A stretch of 62,660 nucleotides of DNA, counting the filler, from Narcine bancroftii (Eukaryota): the NCBI RefSeq assembly GCF_036971445.1. It is 2 parts of one record of this genome, joined end to end, with 100 filler letters (N's around TTAATTAATTAA, not from the genome) between each part and the next. Parts side by side here need not be neighbours in the genome. Positions count along the whole stretch, not along the records: positions 1 to 31,409 come from NC_091476.1; 1 more part is not named here. One strand, 5' to 3'. Both the position numbers and the translations under genes were made by a program. Shown piece by piece: positions 1-13,500 of the stretch; the first letter of the stretch is position 1; every line of letters begins with the position of its first letter. The notes under the pieces were generated by a model. It saw only the letters and a list, made by a program, of their open reading frames with translations. It ran no database searches and was not told the DNA's origin.

Positions 1-956
1 AAGCAGAAAAAAAGGACTCAATGTCTTTGTTAAATTAGTAAACAAAGGAATTCCTACAGATACATTAATATCAAACTGATTGCTACTCCAGTACCTTAGT
101 CAGATATCAGACCAAATTTATCTGCAACAGTAAAACCTCAGCACAGGAGTTTTCTAGCCAGCACCACTTCTCTGTACAATCCCAATTGGATTAAATACCA
201 GGTCATAAAAGCATCTAGTTATCCAAGGTTTGTTTTAAAATCTACCTCTCCATGCTCTGTATACACTTGAATAATATCACTGATTTTTCTCGAAATATGT
301 TCTTTTACATAGATTCAGGAGCCAATTATCCCAAATGTTTTAAAGGTTAAGAGAAGCTACAAACATTTTGGAAAACAAACCATTTATTCCACCCCAAACC
401 TCTCCCACTAAGCCTCTCGTAACCATGCACCATCTATAATTTAAAGAGACACACTCTGAGGTGTTACATGGAGAAGTTGAATGATGTACCCACCAATTTT
501 CCCATCATCTTTAGTCTCCACAGCAACACTTTCGACCTTCCCACAGTGTCACTAACATGAGCAATATATGCAGTAATGAACAAAAAGCTTTAATTCAGAG
601 CGCCTTTCAAAAACCTCAGAATTTTCAAAAGTTTAACAGGCAAAATTGCTTTTTTAAAAAAAAGTGTTGCCACTTCAAAATGGAAGGAATTAGCACACAA
701 TTTGTATAACAAAGGCTTTGTTAAAAAAAATACAACAAAGAGCCTATGAACAATGACTAGCAAGGTTTTTAAAACTGATGTTGGTTAAGGAGTGAAAAGT
801 AGAGATTGCTACTATCCTTTTTCAAAGAATGCCATGCAATCTTTTCTATCCAACCAAGGGAATACACCCAAGTCAAGAGGGAATAGTACCCAGAATCACA
901 GCTGATCTCTCGTTAATAAAAATAGTCTCACACATAGCAATTTAAACAGCAAATAC

Positions 957-1023
957 CTGTTTAATATATTCATCCTCCTTCTCTTCGTAGTTTTCCACTG
1001 CCTTTGCAACAATCATTTTGAAC
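957..1023 (-). CDS. CENATAC: CENATAC exon 4
   Basis: 67 nt; FKMIVAKAVENYEEKEDEYIKQ (human FKKSMVKGLDSYEEKEDKVIKE); ends in phase 0. Confidence 0.93.
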
Positions 1024-1763
1024 CTTAATGAAAAGAAAATAGTGAAAAAACTTGGATGTTAATGTTTAATCCCATTTTTAAGTGTGTCCTTCTTCCTTCC
1101 TGATGAGGGTCTTTGTAACTGGAGGCCAATCAAGGAAGTGGGACACATCCACAACCACAAATCTCTCTCAACTGACAGCTCTGACAGGTGAGTGGCTCTT
1201 GATCTTAAGAAACTTGTTTCAACATCCTTGAGAGTTGGAGTGCAATTTCTTAGGAAACCTGCATCCCCCAGTTACCCCAAATTTTACAAACATGCATTTT
1301 TGTCTTTTTGTTTGTGGGTGTCATTCTGGCAGATCATGATATGAGATGGCTGCAGGAGAGAGCCTGAAATTTTCCTTTTATCTATGTCTCTATAGGATGG
1401 TATTAGAGTGGGTGCAATTTGCTTGTTAGGTTACATTCAATGGTCACACAGGCACCCATTGCAATAGCAGTGCAAAAACCATTCAAGCCTCTGGCTCTTT
1501 AGCTCGAAGTGTACCTGTAGGAACTAGGCTTACCCATTGATAATTCTCTGCCCTGCTCTAACCTAAACAGTGATTCCTTCTGTCCAATATGATTTGAACA
1601 TTCACCCATCACAGCAAACAAACTCGAGGGGACTGAAAGAGCAATGAACAACAAATTCATACTATTGAAACCTTTGGACAATATGGAAACTTATTGATCG
1701 GGCCCCTAATATTCCTGATTTATGCAAACCTCATTTTTTGGCAATACGAAATTCATTGCTTAC

Positions 1764-1862
1764 CTTTCATAAGTATCAGCAGAGAGGAGAAACTTCTCTT
1801 TCAACTTTTTGTCAGCTTTATTTTCCCACCAGAACTTGTTGGTTTGTTTAAAGTGTTCCAAG
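1764..1862 (-). CDS. CENATAC: CENATAC exon 3
   Basis: 99 nt, CAG/GTAAG; [32 protein letters not shown] contains the conserved NKFWWENKA motif. Confidence 0.95.
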
Positions 1863-2231
1863 CTGCCAAAAAATTTTTAAAAATTAACCATTGTTGAACA
1901 CCATCATATGAGAAGCAAAAACTTCCTTCAAGTCACACATGTAATTTTATAACCGTGGTGGTATGACTTCTTTCCCTGTGGCTACACACCACAAATCAGG
2001 AAGGAGAGCAGCGTAAAGATTAACACAATGCTGTTATAACACCAGCGAATGAGGTTTGAATCCAGAGCTGTCTGTATGAAGTCTGTATATTCTCCCAGTG
2101 TCTGCATGGGTTTCCTCTCATCCTCCAAAACATACCGAGCTGTATGTCAATTGGGTGCATAAGGTCGTGGGCCAAAAGGGCCTGTTACCATGGCACATGA
2201 TTTAATTTCATTTAAATTACAGAAATCTAAC

Positions 2232-2398
2232 CTTGCAAAGTGTTCCAGCAGTCCTCCATGCAGCACTGCAAGGCTTCCATTTGTAATGTGCTTCTTCACG
2301 TCTCCATTACAACAAAAGCACCAGAAATTCTGTTCATGCTGGGTGAAGTCATATTTCTCCACTATTACATCTGAAAGAACCTTCCGTGCCTCTTCAAC
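2232..2398 (-). CDS. CENATAC: CENATAC exon 2 (second Zn finger)
   Basis: AG/GT flanked, 167 nt; VEEARKV...FWCFCCNGDVKKHITNGSLAVLHGGLLEHFA matches human CWCLCC...GGLLEHLAS. Confidence 0.95.
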
Positions 2399-3360
2399 CT
2401 AGGGGAAAGCAATCACCTTTAGGTCCTGTCTGGTGATGATGAGCAATCATCAATGACCCATGCAAGACCAGATCTGGAGTATCTAATGTACCTTTGGTTT
2501 CCTTATCCATAAAAGAGATACATTACCCATAGACAAAGAGAAGTTCCTGGGATGGCAAGACAAATAATTAGAGGTGAAGTTGATTAGACACATTTTCTCT
2601 GGAGTTTAGAAAAATGTTGGTGGAAATCCCAATGAAACACCAATCTCTCACAGTGCAAGACAGACAGGAGGTGGAAAGAGTATTTCCCTTAACTGGGGAG
2701 AACAAAGTGGATCTCTGAATACAAGCAAGATATTTAGGACTGAGATAAAGAGAAATTTCTTCAGAATGTGGTGAACCTGTGACATCCTCTACTGCAGAAG
2801 AAAGTACAAATAATGTCATTAAATAAATTTCAAAAGGAGATCATAGGTTTCTGGACCAAGGTATATATAGAGAGCACAATGACATGATCTTGAGACAGAG
2901 GAAAAGCCATGTTTGTATTGAACAACAGAATGAGCTTGAAGGTCTGTGTTGTGAACTCCAGCTCCTATTTTCTGTTGCATTAATTTATTTTTAAAAATTT
3001 TTATATATATATATATATAAAAGAAGTAAATCTTATGCAAAGAATTCTGTGTAAGTTTGGGGCAAGCTCACCTAGAGTAACACAAGTAGCAGACTGAGGG
3101 ATTAAAGGAGCAATTAAAAAGAGAAAGGGTTTTCCAGTTAAGGTGCTTAGGATGATTGAAACTCCCTGCTCCAAAAATAAGATGTTGAGGCTGGGTCAAT
3201 TCCAAAATGGAGATCAAGAGGATTTTGTTAGGGAAATATATTAAGAGTTTTGCTATTAGTGTGCAATTTATCATTTTTATTCTGTTCTTGCAAGTGTGGA
3301 ATTTCCAGTTTGTCAGACATTGGACATTTGATAGTCACCCCATGAAATTATTTTGAATCT

Positions 3361-3681
3361 TGTGACAGATTATGTTGTGTTTGTATTGTAGGTAGATATG
3401 TTTTTGGGAGATAAATTGGGGAAAGTTTTTTTAGTGTAGGTCACATATAAACACTTTAAAATAGATCTTATTTAAAATACTGGAGCTCTGCTCATGCTAA
3501 ACATGTCAGCCCCAGATCCTTTGCAAAAGCTTTGGAGAGTGCGCAAGAAACTTCAGTAATGGATTGTTGTTTATAAAAAGGCAACAGATGAAAAAATTTG
3601 TCAGAGTCGCAGACTGTCTGGAGTGGAACTTGTTATTCTAGGAGGATCATGTGGTTTTGCAAGTAGAAAGAGTAAAACAGG

Positions 3682-3717
<36 letters not shown>

Positions 3718-4419
3718 AAGAATCAGTTCTGCAGCTTTACAGTCAGCAGCAGCAGCTGGGAATGGAACAGGACAAGCTGGTAAGCTTGTGGAAAACCCCA
3801 TTTGGAAGACAGGTTGAGAATGCTTAGCTCAGCCTGGTCAAAGCCCTTGTGGTTGATGCAAGAGGAGAGGACTGGCTGTCTTAATGTTTCACTTGAATTA
3901 AGAGAAACAAAAAGGAACTCTGTGGTGATCTGAAAGAAAGATGTTATCATCTGGAAAATCTTGAGGGGGCAAGTTTCTCCAGCAAGACACTAAAATGGTT
4001 GATTAAAAAGGAATCCGTTTTGGGTGTCCAGCGAACAACAAATCTCTCTCTGAAAACTGACAATAACCTTCTTGAGCAGTAACCATTTACCTTTCAAGCA
4101 CCAAAGCCTGGTGAATTTTATAAATGTTAAATTCTGTGCACATTATAGGAATTGCCTGCAACCAGTGAACTTGGAGGAATGAGAAGTAAGATTGGGCTGT
4201 GAATCAAAGAACTTTTCTGAACTAACATACACATTACATTCACGTGCGCTTAGAATTAGAAGGGGGTTAAGTTAGGTTAGTTAAGTCAATAGTGATAAGT
4301 TAAAGTGTGATTCTATTTTCATGTTTAAAGATAATTAAAAGCAACTTTTGTTTAAGTAACCATTTGTCTTGGTGAATATCTATTGCTGCTAGGTTTTGGG
4401 GTCCTCTGGGCTTGTAACA
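3361..4419. mobile_element. Solo LTR (Gypsy-like), 1059 bp
   Basis: TGTGACA...TGTAACA termini; 4-bp TSD ATCT (3357-3360, 4420-4423); related copy at 33050-33967. Confidence 0.8.
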
Positions 4420-6194
4420 ATCTTCACTGTCAAGTATAAATAATGAAAGGTATTTATCTAACTATTGCATGTGGCATTAAACACAGAAACAACATCTTGT
4501 TTCATAGGCGAGAATTTGTCTATAAATGCAGACTATTTTTAAGGCAAACAAAATTACAGTTATAGCAAGCTGGAGGTTGAATACTGAATGACCTTGGAAC
4601 TGAGTGAAAATTGGTTTCATTTTATGGATGAATGTACACAAATGTTTTTAGAATAAAAGTCTGGGCTATCTTCCTCCACTTCTAAAATAGAAATGGAACT
4701 TTTAAAAGTGCAAAACTTCAATTAAAATTAAATTAAGAAATTTCAAATTGTGTGTTGACAATAGAGTAAAAGAACCTTAAGTGCTGAGTACTTTGATAAT
4801 CTATTGCAAGCTAAAGGTACAAATATAAATGTACATTTATACATCTCTTAGCAGGCTAAACATCTAGGTTGTTTGCTTCTTTAAACTTTGGAATAATAAT
4901 TTACCAGTTATAATCAGAACACTGTTTTTAATTATGTTCTGAAGTTTAAGAACAGCAAATGGCAGAAACTTGATGCTTATGCGTTGGTAATGGACTGATT
5001 TCTATGATTGAATGATACAAGTCAACAAAATGGAAATAACAACCTAAAAGCAGATGAATTAGAATGATTTTTTTTTTTAAATCAAACATATGAGGGGCAT
5101 CTCCAAATTGATATTTGAATTCAGATTAAGTAAATGGTGTTCTCAGTATACCCTTGAATAGCAATTTACAGAAGAATGAACTAAATTGTTCTTTGACCAG
5201 CAGGGTTCACTTTTAATTTAGACACACTACAATAGTAACAGGCTCTTCCAGCCTACAAACCAATGCCACCCAAATGTCCTACAACCCCCATACATTTTGG
5301 AGGGTAGGAAGAAACCAGGGCATCTGAAGACACCCACACAAAAACAGGGAGAACGGTCCTTACAAAACAGTGTCAGATTTGAACCTGGGTTGCTGGAATT
5401 ACACCAACAGTGTCAGAAACTTTGCAAATCTTCTAAATCAGAAAGTGTTTATACAACTGACATCAGTTTCTGACTGCTCAATTTCACATGACTCTCAATA
5501 GCAAGTTTTAGGTAGATTTTGAAAGGGCCGAGGAAACTGGTGAACTGGAACCATTAGCCTTCGATTGAGTTCAAGTCATCAGGACATGCAATTTCTGAGT
5601 ATTTACTCAGTGAACAAGCCATTAGGTTCTAGACTGGTGTCACCACTTCATCACAAATTGAACTCACCTGTGAACACCACAGCAAGCATCTTAGAACAAA
5701 ATGGTAGGAAAACATTAGGGTACTTTCTGCTATTATTTTTTTTTAATTTTTTATTTTTCACACCATAAATCACGTTAGCCATGATATACACTTTTTCTTT
5801 TTCACACATATACAGTGACACTTTCTGCTATTATTCATGTTACTGACATCAAATACATACATGCCTTGCAGGAAAAGATCAGATTTAGATCTTGTCTCCC
5901 TTGCAGTCACTTTCCCAAACCATTTAAAAAAAATTAGGGTTTAAGTATGAATGGTGACAATTTTGATGAGGTACTAGAATCTCATTACCTTTGCTGAACA
6001 AGCAACCAATCAAGGAGGCAACAGCTTCATCGCAGGAGGAATTGATGAAAACAGAAATGTAACAGAAGTTAAGAGATAGGCAGACAACTAGGTTAGAAGA
6101 GAATGATAACATAGAATATCACAGTGAGCGTTGCATTTAATGCAATGCTATTACAGTGCCAGAGTCTCTATTGCAAATACGGTGCTGTATGTAT

Positions 6195-8141
6195 TGTAAC
6201 AGATAGGTGTTAAAATGAATTCTTAGTTTAATGTTAAAACTATATTTTTATCTAAATATGTATTCTTGGTAAGTTAGATGTGGTCTGGTACAGGGTCACA
6301 CACATTTACACAGAACTATTGAGTTCATTCTTGGAAGTCCCAGAGTCTTGGAAACACAGAGCTAATGGATCTCAAGTGGTTCTTAAAATGGAAGTATCCA
6401 AGTACTCAATAAGAAGCCATCTGCTTTTAAACAAAGCCACTTGTACAGAGAGGAGGTCAGAGGTTGCTATGGATATAAAGTGGTTTTAAAAAAGGAACAG
6501 AATTTTGGTAGAAATAAAATTGAGTTATGTGGTTTCCAAGAATTGGGACTGACTTCACTGATGTAACTCACATTTTTGATCCAGTTCAGCATGGAGAGTA
6601 CAGAAGTTAAATCTCTGTGACCCACAAGGGTTGGAACCTTGTGAAAGACAGGGTTGAATTATTGTAACCAGAGTAGGTGCTGTTGTGTGTTACTCCTGGA
6701 AAAAAGGCAACACAGAATAAGTGGCTTTTGAAATAAGGAGACCACTTTGATGTCTCTTTGGAAAAAGAGGACAGAATTCTACTGGGTCCATTTTTGATAG
6801 GCCACTTTGTTTAACCCTTGTCTGGGTTTGTGAATTCATCGTGCAAGAAAATTGCCACATTCACTGTATTTTAAAACAGGGCAGATTTATCATGTGGAAA
6901 ACAGATAAAAAGATTTGATTTTGGGAAGACAGGAATTGTATTCTCCTTGTCACAGAAGATACAGTAGTGGCTCAAAAGGTAGATCTCAAGACATCTCATC
7001 AAAAGAATTGCGAGTAAAGAGGCCTGAAGATACAACGTTTAAAAGTGGGTGTGTGGGGGGGTGTGTGTGTGGACCCTTGGGTTCCAAACTCACCAATTTG
7101 CCACGGCAGGTACTGTTACGAGCCCAGGAGACTCCAAAAAAATTAAATTCAAACCCAGCAGCAACAGATATTCACCAAGACAATGGTTACTTAAAAAGGT
7201 TTTAAATTTTCTTCATACATAAGATAGATATTTAACTTGTTACTTTCATTTTAAGTGTATGTGTTCAGGAAAGTTCTTTTTCACTGTTCAATCATTCACT
7301 TTTCACTTCTCCAAGCTCACTGGTTTCAGGCAATGTTCCATTCTGTGCACAGAATTCAACATTTAGAATATTCACCAGGCTCTGATGCTTTATCTTAAAT
7401 TGTTACTGCTCTGGAAGGTCTTTGCTGGTTTCAAAGAGATATTTATTGTTCATTGGAGACATACAAACTGATCTTCTTCAATCAGCCACTTCAGTGTCTT
7501 ACCGAAGAAACTTGCTCCCTCGTGGGTTTTTCCAAAAAATAACCTCCTCTTCCAGGTCACCACAAAGTTTTTCTTTTTCCTCCTTTTCAGGAGAAACACA
7601 ATAATCAGCCACAGTCTCTGTAACCGACTACAGAGATTTATAATAGGCTGAACTTGGAACTCAAAACCAGTCTTGAAATGAGGTCTTGCAGCAGATCTGC
7701 AAACTTGCAGTCTTCAACACCAACTCCTGCAGTAACATTTACTGTCTCTTTCTCCCCAAAGAATGACATGTCTTTTTCTTTTGCAAAACCACATGATTCC
7801 TCTTAGAACAGCGGACTTCAACCAGAAACTTAGATCACTGGCACCAGTTTAGCAATAAAAGATTAATCGGTTTCTGAGCCTGGACATCTGTTCAAACATG
7901 CTATTCCTTTAAAGATAATAGTCTATTTCAATCCTACAACATCAGTTTAATTAACACCTACCTGTGAAGTTTTCACAGGAACTTTTCATGGTTTCTGTCA
8001 AGTCAATGGCAGACATGAAGGCTCCATCTATACAGGTTTTTGCATTTCAAATGAGATGTTTGTGAAATGTAACTGAAGGCTTTTCAGGTGCACTCTCCAT
8101 AAGAATGCGCCTGAAGAAACAGAAGCGACCTTTAAGTTACA
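6195..8141. mobile_element. Two diverged LTR-like fragments in opposite orientation (second starts TGTTACGAGCCCAG at 7114)
   Basis: Sequence from 7114 resembles the reverse complement of the 4419 terminus; boundaries approximate. Confidence 0.5.
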
Positions 8142-8733
8142 TTTCAGGTGGCAGCGTTGAAAGCGCAGCGCTGGCCACCTGAAAAGACAGCTGCGCCGGG
8201 ATGCGCATCTGAGCGCATTCCAGCTCCTGTCCCTTGGGCTATCAAATCAGGATGGCTGGCTGTCAGCTGGCGGGGACGTCCCCACACTGATTCCACTGCC
8301 CCAGTCTCTTCCCACTCACGGGGCTGGAGCAGCCGCGCTGGGGGGTGGGGGGGAGGAAGGAGGCGGCACTGGAGCGGCCGGCGGGGGAGGAGGAGGCGGT
8401 TGAGTTGGGTACCGGCATTGTTTCGCCAGCCCCCTTCTCCCCCACTCCCAAAATCAGTCCCCACATTACAGCCCATGCCAGCCGCCCAACAGTGTGGGGA
8501 CTGGGAGCGGAGCTGTCAGTCGCTGGCGAGCTGACTGTCATCCGAACGCAGCCGCTTTTAGCTGGCTGCATTCAGATAGCTGGGGAGGCCACCGTGCTGC
8601 GGGGATTATCTCTCTGGGAGGAGGGTTACCAAGCTCACCTTGTAGGCGCCACCTGCACATTCACGTGGGCTTCCCACAGCCATATTTTGCCAAAATATGT
8701 GGCTTTACAAGCAGGGCAATTGGCCACCTGAAA
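8142..8733. mobile_element. GC-rich MITE-like element with TTTCAGGTGGC/GCCACCTGAAA inverted ends
   Basis: Terminal inverted repeats visible; superfamily uncertain. Confidence 0.5.
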
Positions 8734-9576
8734 GTGCCTCGAGATGTTTGTTGTGAACTGCGACCTGAACTAACCCCCCCCCAATCTACACTTTTTAAGA
8801 TACATTTTATCATAATTTTACTAACCCATTCCATAACAGGTGCGGCCAGCGACGAAGCGTAGCGCTCCATGGCAAATCTAAAATTCAAATTAATTTTGAG
8901 TGCACAGCAGTGATACTTCTGAGCATGCACGTTTTACGTCACAGTTGACACCAACGTCAATGTGATAAATGCCCCGCCTCCTTTGCTTTGGAAGCCGGCT
9001 TGCAGTGTAAAATATCACAGAGCCAGTATTTTTGTGTTTTTACAAGCAGTCCAGACCCCAGCACCAACCACAAACATAACCTACATTTGCCACACCTGTA
9101 TCCCAAATCTAGCCCGGTCTCCAGTCTGGACCCTAAATTCATATCCTGGGGAATTAACAAGTCAGAAGTCATGCAATTCAGATTTCTAAACAATCAAATA
9201 CCATTTATTGGAGTTTAACTGCAATTCTATTTTAATGCCTTCTTAATTACTTGATGCCCCAGAACGTTAACCTTTTGGGATTCATCCACAAGATCACCCA
9301 CATCGCTTTCTGGACTCTCCAATCCATTTATTATGATTGTCAATCATTTACGTGACATGTTCCATGAACGTACAGGGTGAATAGGTTAATTGGTCACATG
9401 GATGTATCTGGGCTTGTAGGTCAGAAGAGCCTGTATCGTGCTGTATCTCTAAATTAAAATCTTCATCCCACAAGGTGCAAACAGTAACTCAGATTCCAGT
9501 GTGGTCCTCTTTTCTAAGTGACTCAGCAAATAAAAAATGGGGCAAGTCAGATGGACGGGTGTTGGGGAGAAGAGGA

Positions 9577-10667
9577 CACCCGACGGACGAGGGCTGGGGG
9601 GGGGAATACCCGACGGACGAGGGCTGGGGGGGGGGAATACCCGACGGACGAGGGCGGGGGGGGATACCCGACGGACGAGGGCGGGGGGCATACCCGACGG
9701 ACGAGGGCCGGGGGGGCATACCCGACGGACGAGGGCCGGGGGGGCATACCCGACGGACGAGCCGGGGGGGCATACCCGACGGACGAGGGCCGGGGGGGCA
9801 TACCCGACGGACGAGGGCCGGGGGGAATACCCGACGGACGAGGCCGGGGGGGAATACCCGACGGACGAGGGCCGGGGGGGAATACCGACGGACGAGGGCC
9901 GGGGGGGAATACCCGACGGACGAGGGCCGGGGGGGAATACCCGACGGACGAGGGCCGGGGGGGAATACCCGACGGACGAGGGCCGGGTGGGAATACCCGA
10001 CGGACGAGGGCCGGGGGGGAATACCCGACGGACGAGGGCCGGGGGGGAATACCCGACGGACGAGGGCCGGGGGGAATACCCGACGGACGAGGGCCGGGGG
10101 GGAATACCCGACGGACGAGGGCCGGGGGGGAATACCCGACGGACGAGGGCCGGGGGGGAATACCCGACGGACGAGGGCCGGGGGGGAATACCCGACGGAC
10201 GAGGGCCGGGGGGGAATACCCGACGGACGAGGGCCGGGGGGGAATACCCGACGGACGAGGGCCGGGGGGGGAATACCCGACGGACGAGGGCCGGGGGGGA
10301 ATACCCGACGGACGAGGGCCGGGGGGGGGAATACCCGACGGACGAGGGCCGGGGGGGGAATACCCGACGGACGAGGGCCGGGGGGGGAATACCCGACGGA
10401 CGAGGGCCGGGGGGGAATACCCGACGACGAGGGCCGGGGGGGGAATACCCGACGGACGAGGGCCGGGGGGGGAATACCCGACGGACGAGGGCCGGGGGGG
10501 GAATACCCGACGGACGAGGGCCGGGGGGGGAATACCCGACGGACGAGGGCCGGGGGGGGAATACCGACGGACGAGGGCCGGGGGGGGAATACCCGACGGA
10601 CGAGGGCCGGGGGGGAATACCCGACGGACGAGGGCTGGGGGGGGGAATTACCCGACGGACGAGGGCT
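9577..10667 (+). repeat. GC-rich minisatellite, ~28-30 bp unit (AATACCCGACGGACGAGGGCC-Gn), roughly 38 copies
   Basis: Tandem units read directly; G-run length varies; copy number estimated from length/unit. Confidence 0.97.
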
Positions 10668-13086
10668 AATTATACATGGTGATCAAACGGGATTATAAAA
10701 AATAGGTATGCGTCAGATAATATTTTACGGTTAATAACCTTGATAAATAAATCTAAATTTCAGTTAAATTATCCAATAGTGGTTTCATTTGATGCAGAAA
10801 AGGCTTTTGACAGAGTGAATGGAAGTTTCTGTTCAAAGTACTTGAGAAATTTTGTTTTCATTTATTGGTTGATAAAGGCTTTATATAATAGCCCGAAGGC
10901 TAGAATTGCTGTTAATGGCCAAATTTCAGAATCTTTTAGTTTGACAAGATCTACTAGACAAGGATGTCCGTTGTCACCTGCTTTATTTGCTATATTTATT
11001 GAACCTTTAGCACAATTAATACGTCAAAATGAAATGTTAAAGGTATGAGAGTTCTGAATGAGGAACACAAGATTAATTTATTTGCTGATGATGTTTTATT
11101 ATATTTGGTGGATCCGGATACTTCTTTACCTGCAATTCAAGAATGTTAGAAATTTATGGCCAATTATCTGGTGACAAAGTAAATTGGGGCTAAAAGTGAA
11201 ATTTTGCCAATTTGTAATGATTATTCAGTATATAAAAATATTACAAATTTGAGGTGGACTACACAAATTAAATATTTAGGAATTAATGTTAATACAGAAT
11301 TTCAAGAATTATATTCAATTAATTATTTTCCTTTAATAAAAAGGATTAAATTAGATTTGATTAGGTTGGAGGTTTACTTGGAGGATTAATACCATAAAAA
11401 TGAATATTTTTCGTAGAATACAATATTTGTTTCAATCAATTCCTTATTTTAAAAAAAGTTTTTTTTAAGGACTTACATAAAGCGATTAGAGAATTCTTAT
11501 GGAAGGGAAAATTTCCGAGTAGCAATGAGAAAATTGATGTGGGATTTTCAACTTGGAGGTTTAAGATTACTGAATTTTCAGCATTATTATGAAGCAGCTC
11601 AATTCAAATTTCTTAGTGCATTAATGAATATGGATGACCCACCTAGTTGGGTAAAGATAGAAATGGCGGTTATTTTAGAAATATTTCCTCATGAGTTTTT
11701 GTTTCGATGGAATAAAAATTTATTATGAACTTATGATGTACCAATATTGAAACACTTATTGAATTTATGGACAAGTTAAAAAATTGGGACTTAAAAATAT
11801 ATATTCTGGAAGATTGCCATTATATAATAATCAACTTGTTCCTTTTACGGTCTCCAATGCCACTTTGAAACAATGGGAAAAGAAGGGAATAAAAAAATTA
11901 TCTGATTGTTTTTCTGAGGGTTGTTTTTGTCCCTTTAACGAATTACAAAGGAAATATGGTATTAGTGCAAATTCTATATTTGTATATTATCAATTAAGAT
12001 CTTTTGTAAAAAAGTTATGTGGTCGACATATGATTTTATTGCCTGAATCTAGTTTTGAAGAATATGTACTTTCAATACCAAAAAAGGAATATATATCTGA
12101 TTTGTGTTGTATTTTACAAGAAATTGATAGTAAAAAAGACTGGGATAAAGATAAGTTGAAACGGGAAAAAGATTTAGGACATAAAATAGCTGAAGAAGCT
12201 TGGATGGAAATTTGTCAGAATAGAATTCGGAAATTAATTAATGCTAGACTAGTGATGATTAATTATAATTTTATTTATCAGCTATATTTAACGCCTGAGA
12301 AATTAAAAAAATTTGGTCTTAGTAAGTTGGATTCTTGTTTTCGATGTGATCAGACGGCCAATACCTTTTTGCATACTCTTTGGCTTTGTGATCGATTGCA
12401 ACAGTTTTGGAAAGGTATTCAATCTATTTTTAACAGTTTATACAATATCCATCTTGTATTAGATCCCGATATATTTTTATTAGGGAACATGCAATCATTA
12501 ATTGATTTAGGTTTAGAGGATTATCAGATTTCATTTATCTATTTAGCTTTAGTCGTGGCTAAGAAATGTATAGCACTTACTTGGAAAGATAGAAATATAC
12601 TAACTTTAGATAAGTAGTATTTGGAAATGAAATTTTGTTTGACTATGGAAAGGATATCTTTTTCAATTCAGGATAAGATGTCTTTTTATAAGTTAAAGTG
12701 GACTCCGTTTGCTAATTATATGCATTTAAGTTTGATTTAAATATATGTTTAAGCGTGATATTTTAGTATTGACAATTTTTTTTGTTGTTAGAATTTTTTT
12801 AGGTTAAGTTTTATCTCTTTTTTTGTAAGTGGGTATTTTTTTCCATACATAATATTGTTAATTTTATTAACACTCTTTATTTGGGGGGTGGGGGGGGGGG
12901 AGAGGGTTGGACTAACTTTAAGTTAGACTATTAATATTGTGTTACAATTAACGGGGGGGGGGGGGTTATTTTGTGTAGTTTTCTGATGTAATATTGTAAT
13001 CATACTATTTTAATTTTTTTTCTTTAAATGTAATTCTCTATTGCATTCATGTTATAAAATTTTAAATAAAGTCTTCAAAAAAAAAA
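10668..13086 (+). mobile_element. 5'-truncated, frameshifted L1-clade LINE (RT + C-terminal Zn knuckle + 3'UTR + polyA)
   Basis: DAEKAFDRV, TRQGCPLSPALFAIFIEPLA, LFADD (~11077), CFRCDQTANTFLHTLWLC; AATAAA 13065-13070; A10 tail; GGACGAGGGCT at both flanks (10657-10667, 13087-13097). Confidence 0.93.
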
Positions 13087-13111
13087 GGACGAGGGCTGGG
13101 TTGGGGGGAAA

Positions 13112-13500
13112 CATTCTCCCCCCCTCTCCCCCCATTCTCCCCCCCCTCTCCCCCCATTCTCCCCCCCCCTCCCCATTCTCCCCCCCCCTCCCCATTCTCC
13201 CACCCCTCCCCATTCTCCCCTCCTCTCCCCCCATTCTCCCCTCCTCTCCCCCCATTCTCCCCTCCTCTCCCCCCATTCTCCCCTCCTCTCCCCCCATTCT
13301 CCCCTCCTCTCCCCCATTCTCCCCTCCTCTCCCCCATTCTCCCCTCCTCTCCCCCCATTCTCCCCTCCTCTCCCCCCATTCTCCCTCCTCTCCCCCCCTC
13401 CCCCATTCTCCCCCCCTCTCCCCATTCTCCCCCCATTCTCCCCCCCTCTCCCCCATTCTCTCCCCCCCCTCTCCCCGATTCTCTTCCCATTCACCCCCCC
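13112..13500. repeat. C-rich minisatellite (~22-23 bp, CCCCATTCTCCCCTCCTCTCCC), G-rich on the - strand
   Basis: Tandem units read directly, just downstream of the CENATAC exon 1 donor. Confidence 0.95.

Noticed and set aside
8144-8862. Cluster of GC-rich 100-128 aa ORFs resembling a CpG-island exon
   Set aside because: Mostly contained in an inverted-repeat-bounded MITE-like element, with no coherent protein or splice signals.
9475-10698. Three overlapping ORFs of 381-407 aa; superficial CRISPR-like periodicity
   Set aside because: All frames are open only because the minisatellite lacks stop codons. Units are contiguous with no unique spacers, and the DNA is eukaryotic.
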